Below, in pieces: positions 35,201 through 51,758 of a stretch of 64,000 nucleotides of DNA. How positions within the stretch are numbered: position 1 is the first letter of the stretch; each line of letters begins with the position of its first letter. The notes beneath the pieces were generated by a model, which saw only the letters and a list, made by a program, of their open reading frames with translations, did not search any database and was not told the DNA's origin. The stretch is taken from NCBI GenBank assembly GCA_009914755.4, contig CP068257.2, forward strand, positions 1,024,001 to 1,088,000, given 5' to 3'. The translations under genes were made by a program, and so were the position numbers. The stretch comes from the human T2T-CHM13v2.0 reference genome, Homo sapiens.

Positions 35201-38150
35201 ACTAATGTCTAGGCTTTGCTTAAAGGGGCCTTGTCACATATCTTTTGCCCTGTCACCCAGGCGATGTTACTCTTGTCTAGGCTCTGCTAACAGGGGGTAT
35301 TTTGACATATCTCTGAACTGATTACCTAAGTGATGTAACACTTGTGTAGGCTCTGTCTACAGGGGAATTTTGACATATCTCTGCACTGTTAACCAAGGTG
35401 ATGTAACTCTTGTCTAGGCTGTGCTCACAGGGGGATTGAGACATATCTCTGCACTGATCCCGAGGCGATCCTGGTCTCTGCCTACTGGGGATATTGTGAC
35501 ATATCTCTGCACTGATCTCCCAGGTGCTGTAACTTTAGTCCAGGCTCTGGTTACACGGCATTGTGACATATCACTGCACTGATCACCTAGGTGATATAAC
35601 TCTTTTCTGGGCTCTGCCTACAGGGGGCTTGTGACATATCTCTGCACAGATCACCCAGGTGATATAACTCTTCACTAGGATCTGCCTACAGGGTGCTTTG
35701 TGACATATCCCTGCAATTATCACTAATGTGATATACCACTTGTCAAGGCTCTGCCTACAGGGGCATTGTGATGTATCTCTGCACTGATCACCTAGGTCAT
35801 GTAACTCTTGTCTAGGCTCTGCCTACAATGGCATTGTGACATATCTCTGCACTGATCACCCAGGTGATGTAACTCTTGCCTAGGCTCCAACTACAGGGAT
35901 ATTGTGACGTATCTCTGCCCTGATCACCCAGGTGATATAACTCTTGTCTAGGCTCCACCTACAGGGGTATTGTGACATATCTCTGCACTGATCACCCAGG
36001 TGATGTAACATTTTTCTAGGCTCTGCCTACAAGGGCATTTTGACATAGCTCTTCACAGATCACCTAGGTTATGTAACTCTTTTACACTCTCTGCCTACAG
36101 GGGGCATTGAGAAATATCTCTGCACTGATCACACAGGTGATGGGACTCTTCTCTAGGCCCTGCCTACTGGGGGCATGTTCACATATTTGTGCCCTTATCA
36201 CTCAGATGACGGACTCTTGTCTGGGATTTGCCTATGGGGGCATTGTGACATATCTCTGCTCTGATCACCCAGGTGATGTAACTCTTTTCTAGTGTCTGCC
36301 TACAGAGGGCGTTGTGACATCACTCTGCACGGTTCACCTGGTTATGTAACTCTTCTATAGGCTCTGGCTATGAGGGCATTGTGACATAACTCTGCACTAA
36401 TCACCCACGAGATGTGACTGTTGTCTAAGCTCTGCCTAGAGGGACATTGGGACATATCTCTGCACTGATCGCTGAGGTGATGTAACACTTGTCAAGGCTT
36501 TGCCTACAGTGGGATTTATGACCTATATCTGCACTGATCACCCAGGTGATGTAAGTCTTTTATAGGCTCTGCCTACAGGGGCATTTTAACATATCACTGC
36601 ACTGATCACCAAGATGATGTAACTCTTGTATAGCCTTCGCTGACAGGCGTCATTGAGACATATCTCTGCACTGATCACCGAGGTGATGCAACTCTTGTCT
36701 GGGATCTGCTTACAGGGGGCATTGTGACATATCTCTGCCCTGATCACCCAGGTGATGTAACTCTTGTCTGGACTCTGCCTAATGGAGACATTGTGACATA
36801 TTTCCGCACTGATCACCCAGGTGTTGTCACTTTTGTCAAGGATATGGCTACAGGGACATTTTGACATGTCACTGCACTGATCACACAGCTGATGTAACTC
36901 TTGTCTAGGCTCTGGCTACAGGGAGCTTGTGACACATCTCTGCACTGATCACCCAGGTGATGTAACCCTTTTCTAGACTCTTCCAAAAGGGGACATTGTG
37001 ACATAACTCTGCACTGATAACCCAGGTGATGGGACTCTAGTCGAGGCTCTGCCTACAGGGTCATTGCGACATATCTCTGCAGTGATCACGCAGGTGATGT
37101 AACTCTTGTGTATATATGCCTACTGGAGGCATTGTGGCATATTTCTGCACTGATCACCCAGGTGATGGACTCTTGTCTTGGATCTGCCTATGGGGGCATA
37201 GTGACATATCTCTACACCGATCACTCATGTGATGTAACGTTTGTCTAAGCTGCGCCTAAAGGGGAATTGTGATAGATATCTCCACTGATCACCCAGGTCG
37301 TGTAACAATTTTCTAAGATTTGTCTACAGGGGTCTTTGCGAAATACCTTTGCACTGATCACCCAGGAGAAGTAACTCTTGTCTAGGCTCGGCCTACAGGG
37401 GCTTTGTGACATATTTCTGCACTGATCACCCAGGTGATGTAACTCTTCTTTAGGCTCTGCCTTCAGGGGCTTTGTGACATATCTCTGCACTGATCACCCA
37501 GGTGATGTAAGTCTTGTCTACGCTCCACCTACAGGGGGTATTTTGACATGTCTCTGCACTGATCACCCAGGTGATGTAACATTTATCTAGTCTCTGCCTA
37601 CAAGGGCGTTTTGACATACCTCTGCACAGATCACCTAGGTTATGTAACTCTTGTCCACTCTCTGCCTTCAGGGGGCATTGTGAAATATCTCTGCACTGAT
37701 CACCCAGGTGATGGGACTCTTCTCTATACTCTGCCTAGAGGAGGATTTGACATATCTCTGCACTGATCACCCCAGTGATGAAACACTTGTCTACACCCTC
37801 TCTACAGGAGGCTTTACGACTTATCCCTGCACTGACCACCAGGTGATGTAACACTTGTCTAGGGTCTGTCTACATGGGAATTTTCACATATCTCTACTCT
37901 GATCACCTAAGTGGTGTAACACTTTTCTAGGTTCAGTCTACTGGGGATTTCTGACATACCTATGCACTGATCACCGAGGTGATGTAAATCATTTCCAGGC
38001 TTTTTGTACAGGGGACATTGTGATATATCTCAACATTGATCCCCCAAATGGTGCAAATCTTCTCTAGGCTCCACAGGGAGGGGGCATTGTGACATATTTC
38101 TGAACTGATCATCCAGGAGATGTAACTATTCTCCAGGCTTTGAGTAAACA
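29251..38150. repeat. beta-satellite tandem array, orientation A
   Basis: 68-bp GATC monomers with recurring variant blocks. Confidence 0.9.
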
Positions 38151-38851
38151 GCGTCTGAAAGTGTTGGGAGAGCCTCAGCCAGAATTTCACGGAGGGACAA
38201 GGGCACAGAGAGGCCAGCCGGCTCCCTTGCACATCAGCCGGGGTGCCCAATGAATGCAGGTCTAGCCAGGAGGCTGGCAAAGAGAGCTAGATGTCTGCGT
38301 TCCACCACCAGGCGCTCCATGGTGGCAGCTGGGAGGCTGCAGGAGCACGGGCGGGCCAGCGATGGTGGCACAGAGGCGCAGAGGAGGCGAGCCACCCGAG
38401 AGGTGTTAGTCCTGGATTCTGCATGGGCTTGGTGTTTCACAAGACGGGGGTCTCCACCCAGCCCAGGGGAGGATGCATTTTCCAGTGGTGATGGGTCAGG
38501 GTGGGGAGGGGCTGGTCAGGCGTGGGTAGGGTGGTGGAAAGGCATGATGGCTCTGCCTAGGCTGCTCCCACAGCCAGGCGGCTGCCCGCAAACCCGCGCA
38601 TGCCCAGAAGGCGGCCCACCTGCTGGTACCTGGGCCGGGTCTTGGATCCCCCAGATGCCCAGGAAAGAATGGCAGTTCTTCACTGGGTGGAATCTCTCTC
38701 CGGGCCTAGACCTAGAAGGCTAGAATCCCAGGCCGGTCAGACCAGTGGAGGGGTCGGGGGGAAGACATGCCCCTCCATAGCCAGCCAGGTGTTCCCCACG
38801 AAAGAGAGGCCACCGCCCTGCCCCGACCCGACCCTGTGCCAACCCCGCGAC

Positions 38852-39914
<1,063 letters not shown>

Positions 39915-40548
39915 TCATGAATGGCGGTGAGCCCTGGGACAGCCCGCCCCACCCCAGAAGTGTCCCAGGGCGACGAGGCCTGTGGCCGGGGGGTGGTGTG
40001 GTGGGGGGGGTGGGCGTGGTGATGGTGGTGGTGGGGCCGGAGAGACGAAGAGGAAGGGGGCGAGGGGGAAGCGGTGAGGGGGTTTCGTTTCGGGGGCTGG
40101 CTCTCCAGACTTCTCCAGGAATACCGCGGGAACTGGAAGCTGCTCTCTGGGCTCCCACGCGTCTTCAGCAGGGAGAAACCAGCCTGGAACGGTGGAGGGG
40201 AGTGTGGAACTGAACCTCCGTGGGAGTCTTGAGTGTTCCAGACCCTCTCTCCGTGAAGGAGGCAGTGCCTGTGGGTGTCGTCATTGCCGGGACAGTCTCA
40301 CACACGCAGGCATGTGGCTCTCATTCACTTCCACGTAGGAGACCAGAGCGAGACCACAGAGAGAAGATGCCTCCCCGGCCTGATGGCCTGATGATGGATT
40401 CCCGTGTGCGGCAACATGGGGAGTCTGCAGTGTGGTCGGTTTGGAAACTGGCAAGGACAGCGAAGGCACCATGCCGGTCTTCCACCCCTCCCTGCATGTT
40501 TCCGGGTGCCCGCACAGCTCTGGGAGCAAACAGTCAGCATGACACATC

Positions 40549-43500
40549 TCTGAACTGATAAACAAAGTGACGTAGTGACGTAACGCTTGTCTAGGCTCTG
40601 CCTACAGGGGCTTTGTGACACATCTCTGCACTGATCATCCAGGTGATGGGACTTTTGTCTAGGCTCTGCCTATGTGGGCATTGTGACATATGTCTGCACT
40701 GATCACCCAGATGATAGGACTCTTGTCTAGGCTCTGTGTATGAGGGCTTTGTGACATATCTCTGCACTGATAACCCAGGTGATGTAACGCTTGACTAGTC
40801 ACTGCTTACGGGGCAAAGTGACATATCACTGCATTGATCACCGAGGTGATGTAACTCTTGTCCAGGCTCTGCCTATAGTGGCCTTGTGACATATCTCTGC
40901 ACTGATCATCTAGGTGATGTAACTCTTGCTTATGCTCTGCCTGCAGGAGCATTGTGAAATCTCTCTGCACCGATCACCCAGGTGATGGGACTGTTCTCTA
41001 GGCTCTGCCTACTGGGGGCATTGTCACATATTTCTGCACTGATCACCCAGGTGACGGACACTTGTCTTGGATTTGCCTATGGGGGCATTGTGATATATCT
41101 CTGCACTGATCACCCATGTGATTTAACTGTGGTCTAAGCTCTGCCAAAAGGGTCATAGTGACAGATCTCTGCACGGATCACTAAGGTGATGTAACTATTG
41201 TCTAGGCTCTGCTTAAAGGGGCCTTGTCACATATCTCTGCACTGATCACCCAGGTGATGTAACTCTGGTCTAGGCTCTTCTTAAAGGGGGTATTGTGACA
41301 TATCTCTGCTCTGATCACCTAAGTGATGTAACAATTGTGTAGGCTCTGTCTACAGGGGCCTTTTGACATATCTCTGCACTGTTAACCGAGGTGATGTAAC
41401 TCTTGTGTAGGCTGTGCCCACAGGGGGATTGAGAGATATCTCTGCATTGATCCCGAGGTGATCCAAATTTTGCCTGGTCTCTGCCTGCTGGGGACATTGT
41501 GACATATCTATGCACTGATCTCCCAGGTAACTTTAGTCTAGGCTCTGGAGACAAGGCATCGTGACATATCACTGCACTGATCACCCAGGCGATATAACTC
41601 TTGTCTAGGCTCTGCCTACAGGGCACTTTATAACATATCCCTGCAATAATCACCCAGGTGATGTACCACTTGTCAAGGCTCTGCCTACAGGGACTTTGCG
41701 ATGTATCTCTGCACTGATAACTAGGTCATGTAACTCTTGTCTAGGTTCTGCATACAGGGGCATTGTGACATATCTCTGTACTGATCATCCAAGTGATGTA
41801 ACTCTTGTCTAGGATCTGCATAAAGGGACTTTGTGACATAAGTCAGCACTGATAATCCAGGTGATGGGGGTTTTGTCTATGCTCTGCCTAAGGGGGCATT
41901 GTGACAGATTTCTGCACTGATCACCCAGGTGACGGACTCTTGTCTTGGATCTGCCTATGGTGGCATTGTGACATATCTCTGCACTGATCACCCAGGTGAT
42001 GTAACTGATGTATAACTCTGCCTACAGGGGAATTGTGAGAGATCTCGCCACTGATCACCCAAGTGATGTAAGTATTCTCTAGGCTTTCCCTACAGGGGGC
42101 TTTGTGACATACTTTTGCACTGATCACCCAGATGATGTATCTCATCTAACTTCTGCCTACTGGAGCTTTGTGACATATCTCTGCGCTGATCACTTAGGTG
42201 ATGTAACACTTTTATAAGCACTGCCTACAGGGAATTTTGACCAATCTGTGCTCTGTTCACCTTGGTGATGTAACTCTTGTCTATCCTCTGGCCAAAGGGC
42301 GCATTGTGAAATAACTCTGCACTGATCACCCAGGTGATTCAACTCTTGTCAAGGTTCTGCCTACAGGGGGTATTGTGAAATATCTCTGCACTGATCAACT
42401 AGGTGATGTAACTCTTGTCTAGGCTCTCCCTACGTAGGCGTTTTCACATATCCCTGAACTGATGACAAAGGTGACGTAACCCTTGCCTAGGCTTTGCCTA
42501 CAGGGGACATTGTGACATATCTCTGCACTAATCACCCAGGTGATGCAACTCTCCTCTATAATCCGCCTACAGGGGACATTGTGACATATCTCTGCACTGA
42601 TAACCCAGGTGATGTAACTCTTGTCTAAGCTCTGCTTACAAGGGGTATTGTGACATATCTCTGCACTGATCACGTGAGTGATGTAACACTTGTGTAGGCT
42701 CTGCCTACAGGGACATCTTGACATATATCTGCACCGTTAACCGAGGTGATGTAATTCCTGTCTAGGCTGTGCCCACAGGGGAATTGAGACATATCTCTGC
42801 ACTGATACCGAGGTGATCCAACTCTTGCCTGGTATCTTCCTACTAGGGACATTGTGACATATCTCTGCACTGATCTCCCAGTTGCTGTAACTTTAGTCTA
42901 GACTCCGGCTACACGGCATTGTGACATATCACTGCACTGATCTCCCAGGTGATATAACTCTTGTGTAGGCTCTGCCTACAGGGGACTTGTAACATCTCTG
43001 CACTGATCACCCAGGTGATATAACTTTTCTTTAGGATCTGCCTACAGGATGCTATGTGACATATCCCTGCAATGATCACCCAGGTGATATACCACTTGTC
43101 AAGGCTCTGCTTACAGGGGCATTGCGATGTATCTCTGCACTGATCACCTAGGTCATGTAACTCTTGTCTAGGCTCTGCCTACAGTGGCATTGTGACATAT
43201 CTCTGCACTGATCACCCAGGTGCTGTAACCCTTCTCTAGTATATGTCTAAAGGGACTTTGTGACATAACTCTGCACTGATCATCCAAATGATGGGGCCTT
43301 CGTCTAGGCTCTGCCGAAGGGGGCATTGTGACATATTTCTGCACTGATCACCCAGGTGACAGACTCTTGTCTTGGATCTGCCTATGGGGGCATCGTGGCA
43401 TATCTCTGCACTGATCACCCAGGGGATGTAACTGTTGTATAAGCTCTGCCTACAGGGGAATTGTGAGAGATCTCGCCACTGATCACCCGTGTGATCTAAC

Positions 43501-46500
43501 TATTGTCTAGGATTTGCCTACAGGGTGCTTTGTGACATACATTTGCACTGATAACCCAGTTGATGTAGCTCATCTAAGTTCTGCCTCCAGGAGCTTTGTG
43601 ACATAACTCTGCACTGATCACTTAGGTGATGTAACACTTTTATAAGCACTGCCTACAGGGAATTTTGACAAATCTCTGCACTGATCGCCTAGGTGATTTA
43701 CTCTTGTCTACCCTCTGCCCAAAGGGGGCATTGTGAGATATCTCTGCACTGATCACCCAGGTGATTCAACTCTTGTCTAGGATCTGCCTACAGGGGGTAT
43801 TGTGAAATATCTCTGCACTGATCAACTAGGTGATGTAACTCTTGTCTAGGCTCTGCCTACAGGGGCCTTTTCAAATATCCCTGAACTGATGACAAAGGTG
43901 ATGTAACTCTTGCCTAGGCTTTGCCTACAGGGGACATTGTGATATATCTCTGCACTGATCACCCCGTTGATGCAACTCTTCTCTATGCTCTGCCTACAGG
44001 GGACATTGTGACATATCTCTGCACTGTTCACCCAGGGGATGTAACTCTTTTCTAGTCTCTGGCCTACAGAGGGCGTTGTGACATCACTCTGCACGGATCA
44101 CCTGGGTTATGTAACTCTTGTCTAGGTTCTGCCTATGGGGGCATTGTGACTTATCTCTGCACTGATCACCCAGAAGATGTGACTCCTGTCTAAGCTCTGC
44201 CTAGAGGGACATTGGGACATATCTCTGCACTGATCACTGAGGTGATGTAAATCTTGTGTATGTTTTGCCTACTGTGGGAATTATGACATATCTCTGTACT
44301 GATCACCCTGGTGATGTAACTCTTGCCTATGCTCTGCTTACAGGGGGTATTGTGAGATATCTCTGCACTGATCACCCAGGTGATGTAACTCTTGTCTAGT
44401 CTCTGCCTACAGGGGCATTTTAACATATCTCGCCACTGATCACCGAGATGATGTAGCTCTTTTATAGGCTTAGCCAACAGGGGTGAATCAGACATATCTC
44501 TACACTGATCACCGAGGTGATTCAACTCTTGTCTGGGATCTGCTTACAGGAGGCATTGTGACATATCTCTGCCCTGATCACCCAGGTGATGTAACTCTTG
44601 TCTAGGCTCGGCCTACTTAAGACATTGTGACATATCTCCGCACTGATCACCCAGGTGATGTCACTTTTGTCAAGGATATGGCTACAGGGACATTGTGACA
44701 TGACACTGCACTGATCACACAGCTGATGTAACCCTTGTCTAGGCTCTGCCAAAAGGGGGCTTTGTGACATAACTCTGCACTGATCACCCAGGTGATTGGA
44801 CTCTTGACTAGGCTCTGCCTACAGGGGCATTGTGACATATCTCTGCAGTGATCACGCAGGTGATGCAACTCTTGTCTATATCTGCCTAATGGTGGCACTG
44901 TGGCATATTTCTGCACTGATCACCCAGGTGATGGACTCTAGTCTTGGATCTGCCTATGGGGGCATAGTGACATATCTCTGTACTGATAACTCATGTGATG
45001 TAACGCTTGTCTAAGTTGCGCCTAAAGGGGAATTGTCACAGATATCTCCATTGATCACCCAGGTGATGAAACAATTTTCTGGGATTTGTCTACAGGGGCT
45101 TTGTGACATATCTTTGCACTGATCACCCAGGAGATGTAACTCTTGGCTAGGCTCGGCCTACAGGGGCTTTGTGACATATTTCTGCACTGATCACCCAGGA
45201 GATGTAACTCTTGTTTAGGCTCTGCCTACAGGGTCTTTGTGACATATTTCTGTACTGATCACCCTGGTGATGTAATTCTTGTCTAGTTTCCACCTACAGG
45301 AGGTATTGTGACATATCTCTGCACTAATCACACAGGTGATGTAACACTTGTCTAGACTCTGCCTATTGGGGAGTTATCAAATATCCCTGATCTGATGAAA
45401 AAGGTGATGTAACTCCTCTCTAATCGCTGCCAACAGGGGCGTTTTCACATATCCCTGAACTGATGACAAAGGTCATGTAACTCTTGCCTAGGCTTTGCCT
45501 ACACGGGACATTGTGACATATGTCTGCACTGATCACCCAGGTGATGCATCTCTTCTCTATGCTCTTCCTACAGGGGACCTTGTGACATATCTCTGCACTG
45601 ATCACCCAGGTGATCTAACTATTTTCTAGTCTCTGCATACAGAGGGCGTTGTGACATCACTCTGCACGGATGACCCGTGTTATGTAACTCTTGTCTAGGG
45701 TCTGCCTATGGGGGCATTGTGACTTATCTCTGCACTGATCACCCAGGAGATGTGACTCTTGTCTAAGCTCTGCCTAGAGGGACATTGAGACATATCTCTG
45801 CACTGATCGCTGAGGTGATGTAAAACTTGTCTAGGCTTTGCCTACAGTGGGATTTATGACATATCTCTGCAGTGATCACCCAGGTGATGTAACTCTTGTC
45901 TAGGCTCTGCTTACAGGGTGTATTATGAGATATCTCTGCACTGATCACCCAGATGACGTAACTACTGTCTAGGCTCTGCCGACAGGGGTGTTTTCACATA
46001 TCACTGCACTGATCACCGAGATGATGTAACGCTTTTATAGGCTTCGCCGACCTGGGGCATTGAGACATATCTCTGCACTGATCACCGAGGTGATGCAACT
46101 TTTGTCTGGGATCTGCTTACAGGGGGCATTGTGACATATCTCTGCCCTGATCACACAGGGGATGTAACTCTTGTCTAGGCTCGGCCTACTAGAGACATTG
46201 TGACATATCTCCGCACTGATGACCCAGGTGTTGTGACTTTTGTCAAGGATATGGCTACAAGGACATTGTGACATGTCACTTCACTGATCAAACTGCTGAT
46301 GTAACACATGTCTAGGCTCTGGCTACAGGGTGCTTGCGACACATCTCTGCACTGATCACCCAGGTGATATAACCCATGTCTAGACTCTGCCAAAAGGGGG
46401 CATTGTGACATAAGTCTGCACTGATCACCCAGGTGATGGGACTCTTGTCTAGGCTCTGCTTACAGGGGCATTGTGGCATATCTCTGCAGTGATCACGCAG

Positions 46501-48985
46501 GTGATGTAACTCTTGTCTATATCTGCCTACTGGCGGCAATGTGGCATATTTCTGCACTGATCACCCAGGTGATTGACTCTTGTCTTGGATCTGCCTATGG
46601 TGGCATAGTGACATATCTCTGCTCTGATCACGCATATGATGTAACACTTGTCTAAGCTGTCCCTAAAGGGGAATTGCGACAGATATCTCCACTGATCAGC
46701 CAGTTGATATAACAATTTTCTGGGATTTGTCTACACGGGTCTTTTTGACATATCTTTGCACTGGTCACCCAGGAGATGTAATTGCTTTCTTGGTTCGGCC
46801 TACAGGAGCTTTGTGACATATTTCTGCACTGATCACCCAGGTGATGTAACTCTTCTTTAGGCTCTGCCTACAGGGGCTTTGTGACAAATTTCTGCACTGA
46901 TCACCCATGTGATGTAACTCTTGTCTAGGCTATACCTACAGGGGTTACTGTGATGTACATCTGCACTGATCACCCAGGTGATGTAACTCTTTTCTAGGAT
47001 CTGCCTACAGTGTGCTTTTTGACATATCCCTGCAGTGATCACCCAGGTGATGTACCACTTGTCAAGGCTCTGCCTACAGGGACATTGCGATGTATCTCTG
47101 CACTGATCACCTAGGTCATGTAACTATTTTCTAGGCTCTGCCTACGGTGGCATTGTGACAACTCTGCACTGATCACCCAGGTGATGGGACTCTTGTCTAG
47201 GCTCTGCCTACAGGGGCATTGTTACATATCTCTGCAGTGATCACGGAGTTGATGTAGCTCTTGTCTATATCTGCCTACTAGCGGCATTGTGGCGTATTTC
47301 TGCACTCATCACCCAGGTGATGGACTCTTATCTTGGATCTGCCTATGGGGGCATAGTGACATATCTCTGCACTGATCACTCATGTGATGTAACGTGTTTC
47401 TAAGCTTCGCCTAAATGGGAATTGTGACAGATATCTCCACCGATCACCCAGGTGATGTAACAATTTTCTGGGATTTGTCTACAGGGGGCTTTGTGACATA
47501 TCTTAGCACTGATCACCCAGGTGATGTAACTCTTGTCTAGGCTCCACCTACAGGGTGTATTGTGACGTATCTCTGCACTGATCACCCAGGTGATGTAACA
47601 TTTATCTAGGCTCTGGTGCGTTTTGACATAGCTCTGCACAGATCACCTAGGTTATGTAACTCTTGTCCACTCTCTGCCTACAGGGGGCATTGTGAAATAT
47701 CTCTGCACTTATCACCCAGGTGATGGGACTCTTCTCTATACTCTGCCTAGAGTTGGAACTGTGACATATCTCTGCACTGATCACCCAGGTGATGGAAGGC
47801 TTGTCTAGGCTCTATCTATGGGGGCATTGTGTCAAATATCTGCACTGATCACCCAGATGATGTAACTCTTTTCTAGGTCCTGTCTACAGGGATTTTTGTG
47901 ACGTATCACTGCACTGATCACCTAGGTGATGTAAGCCTTGTATGGGCTTTTCCTACAGAAGGCTTTGTGACATATCTATGCACTGATCTCTGAGGTGATG
48001 CAACTCTTGTCTAGGCACTGCCTACAGGGGACGTTGGTACATATCTCTGCACTGATCACCCAGGTGATGGACTCTTGTCTTAGATCTGCCCACATGGACA
48101 TTGTGACACATCTCTGACCTGATCAAACAAGTGATGAAACTCTTGTCTAGGCTCTGCCTACAGGGGCTTTGTGACACATCTCTGCACTGATCACCCTGGG
48201 GAGGGAACTCTGGTCTACGGTCTGCCTACAGGAGGCTTTATGACTTATACCTGCACTGATAAACTAGGTGATGTAACACTTGTCTAGACTCTGCCTTCAC
48301 GGGAATTCTCACATATCTCTGAACTGATCACCCAGTTAATGTAACTCATTTCTAGGTTCAGCCTATAGGAGCGTTTTGACATATCTCTGCACTGATCACT
48401 AAGGTGATGTAACCCTTGTCTTAGCTCTGCCTACAGGGGCATTGTGAAAGATCTCTCCACTGCTCACCCAGGTGATGTAACAATTGTCTGGGTTTTGCCT
48501 ACAGGGAACTTTGTGATATACATTTCCACTGATCAAACAGATGATGTAACCCTTGTCAAAGTTCTGCTTACAGGGGCTTTGTGACATAGCCCTGCACTGA
48601 TCACCCCAGGGAGGAAACACTTTTCTACACTCTGCCTACAGGAGGCTTTATGACTTATCCCTGCACTGATCCTTAGGTGATGTAATACTTGTCTGGGCTC
48701 TGTCTACAAGTGAATTTTCACATATCTGTACACTGATCACCTAAGTGATGTAACCCTTGTGTAGGTTCAGCCTACTGGGGATTTCTGACATACATATGCA
48801 CTGATCACCGAGGTGATGTAAATTATTTCCAGGCTTTTTGTACAGGGGACATTGTGATATATCTCTGCACTGATCACCCAAATGATGCAAATCTTCCCTA
48901 GACTCCGCAGGAAGAGGACATTGTGACATATTTCTGAACTGATCATCCAGGAGATGTAACTATTCTCCAGGTTTTGACTAAAGAG
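40549..48985. repeat. beta-satellite tandem array, orientation A
   Basis: 68-bp GATC monomers. Confidence 0.9.
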
Positions 48986-49686
48986 CGTCAGAAGGTGTTG
49001 GGAGAGCCTCAGCCGGAATTTCACCAATGTACAAGGGCATAGAGAGGCCAGCGGGCTCCCTTGCACGTCAGCCGGGTTGTGCAATGAGCACAGGTCTAAC
49101 CAGGAGCCCGGCAAAGAGAGCTAGAGGTGTGCATTTCACCGCCAGGCGCTCCATGGTGGCAGCTGGGAGGCTGCAGGGGTACGGGCGGGCCGGCGACGGT
49201 GGCGAGGAGGAGTAGAGGAGGCTAGCCGCTGGAGGGGTGTCATGCTTGGATGCTGCACGGGCACGGTGTTTTGCGTGATGGGGGTGTCCACCCAGCCCAG
49301 GGGAGGTCCCATTTTTCGGGGGTGGTGGGTGAGGGTGGGAATGAGATGGCCAGGCGGGGGTTGTGTGGGGGAAAGGCATGAGAGCTCTGCCCGGGCTGCT
49401 CCCACTGCCCAGGTGTCTGCCCGTAAACCCGCGTGTGTGCAGTAGGTGGCCAACCTGCTGGTACCTGGGCCGGCTCTGCAATACCCGGGATGCCCAGGAA
49501 AGAATGGCAGTTCTCTGCTGTGTGGAGCCTCTCACCGGGCCTAGACCTAGAAGGCAGGAATCCCAGGCCAGTCAGCCCGGTGGAGGGGGCAGGGGTAAGA
49601 CAAGCCCCTCCATAGCCAGCCAGGTGTTCCGTGCGAAAGAGAGGCCACCGCCCTGCCCCAACCCGACCCCGTCCCAACCCCACGTC

Positions 49687-51126
<1,440 letters not shown>

Positions 51127-51758
51127 TCATGAATGGCGGTGAGCCCTGGGACAGCCCGCCCCACCCCGGAAGAGTCCCAGGGCGTCGAGGCCTGTGGCTG
51201 TTGGGTGGTGGGGTGGGGGGGGGGAGGGAGTGGTGATGGTAGTGGTTGGGCCGGAGACACGAAGAGGAAGTGGGCGAGGGTGAAGGGGTGAGGGTGCGTG
51301 TTTTGGGGGCTGGCTCTCCGGACCTCTCGAGGAATGCCAAGGGAACTTGAAGCCACTCTCTGGGCTCCCACGCGTCTTCAGCAGGGAGAAACCAGCCTGG
51401 GAGGGTGGAGGGGAGTGTGGAACTGAACCGCCGTGGGAGTCTTGAGTGTTCCTGGCCCTCTCTCCGTGAAGGAGGCAGTGCTTGTGGGTGTCGCCGTTGC
51501 CAGGACTGTCTCACACAGGCAGGCGTGTGGCTGTCGTTCATTTCCATGTAGGAGACCAAAGCGAGACCCCAGAGAGAAGATGCCTCCCCGGCGTGATGGC
51601 CTGACGATGGATTCCCGTGTGTGGCAATATGGGGATTCTGCAGTGTGGCCGGTTTGGAAACTGGCAAGGAGAGCGAAGGCACCATGCCGGTCTTCCACAC
51701 TTCCCTGCATGTTTCCGAATGCCCGCAGGGCTCCGGGAGCAAACAGTCAGCATGACAC